Below are positions 63,536 to 64,000 of a stretch of 64,000 nt of DNA, one piece after another (the stretch's first letter is position 1; every line of letters starts with the position of its first letter). The notes below the pieces were generated by a model. It was given only the letters and a program-made list of their open reading frames with translations. It was not told the origin of the DNA and searched no databases. A program made the position numbers and the translations under genes. Source of the DNA: Mobula birostris (Eukaryota). The stretch lies in NCBI RefSeq assembly GCF_030028105.1, contig NC_092393.1:36309248-36373247 (forward strand), read 5' to 3'.

Positions 63536-64000
63536 CACTCAATGGCCACTTTATTAGATACTTTTGTACACTTGCTTGTTAATGCAAATATCTAATCAGC
63601 CATTCATGTGGCAGAAACTCGATGCATAAAAGCACACAGATATGGTCAAGAAGTTCAGAAGCTGTTCAGAGAAACAGCAGAATGAGGAGGAAATGTGATC
63701 TAAATGACTTTGACCATGGAATGACTGTTGGTGCCAGACAGGGTGGTTTCAGTATCTCAGAAACTGCAGATCTCCTGGAACTTTCATACACAACAGTCTC
63801 TAGAGTTTAGAGAAAATAATGCAAAAAACAAAATACATCCGATGAGCAGCAATTCTATGGGTGAAAATGTCTTGTTAATGAGAGAGCTCTGAAGAGAATG
63901 GCCAAACTGGTTCAAGCTGACAGGAAGGTAAGACTAACTCAAATAACCACGCATTACAACAGCTGAACACAACATGTTGAACATTTAAGTGGAAGGACTA
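63536..64000 (+). mobile_element. Tc1/mariner transposon, left end and decayed transposase N-terminus (runs off the window)
   Basis: TA|cactcaatggccactttattagatac terminus; MRRKCDLNDFDHGMTVGARQGGFSISETADLLELSYTTVSRV paired-like HTH. Confidence 0.85.

Noticed and set aside
1-64000. TGCATG (RBFOX autoregulatory) motif enrichment
   Set aside because: I noticed only about a dozen scattered copies, near chance for 64 kb, several inside repeats and none adjacent to the exon.

Overview
Eukaryotic, repeat-rich vertebrate DNA. The repeat complement (HE1/V-SINE, Deu-domain SINE, CR1, Rex1/Babar, RTE, Penelope, hAT, Tc1) points to a cartilaginous fish, probably a ray; this is inference. The only host coding sequence is one 249-nt, phase 0-0 exon (22865-23113, +) of an RBFOX gene, most like RBFOX3/NeuN; the rest is probably its large flanking introns. 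Almost all other ORFs in the track are transposon fragments or noise. Main observations: (1) a Gypsy-type LTR retrotransposon (17536-20675, -) whose RT/RNaseH/integrase core is replaced by a spliced, intronless fragment of host RBM25 mRNA, i.e. LTR-mediated gene capture; (2) about a dozen Penelope-associated minimal type-I hammerhead ribozyme motifs, one with an intact core (9573-9610, +); (3) a multi-layer nest of retroelements (CR1 > RTE > Rex1; CR1 > Penelope > 41-bp Rex1 tail) with readable target-site duplications; (4) a composite hAT MITE sharing an exact 31-bp transposase/splice-donor fragment with a different hAT element. Protein family calls rest on motif recognition from memory, not database searches. 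Most repeat boundaries are approximate unless a TSD/TIR is quoted.
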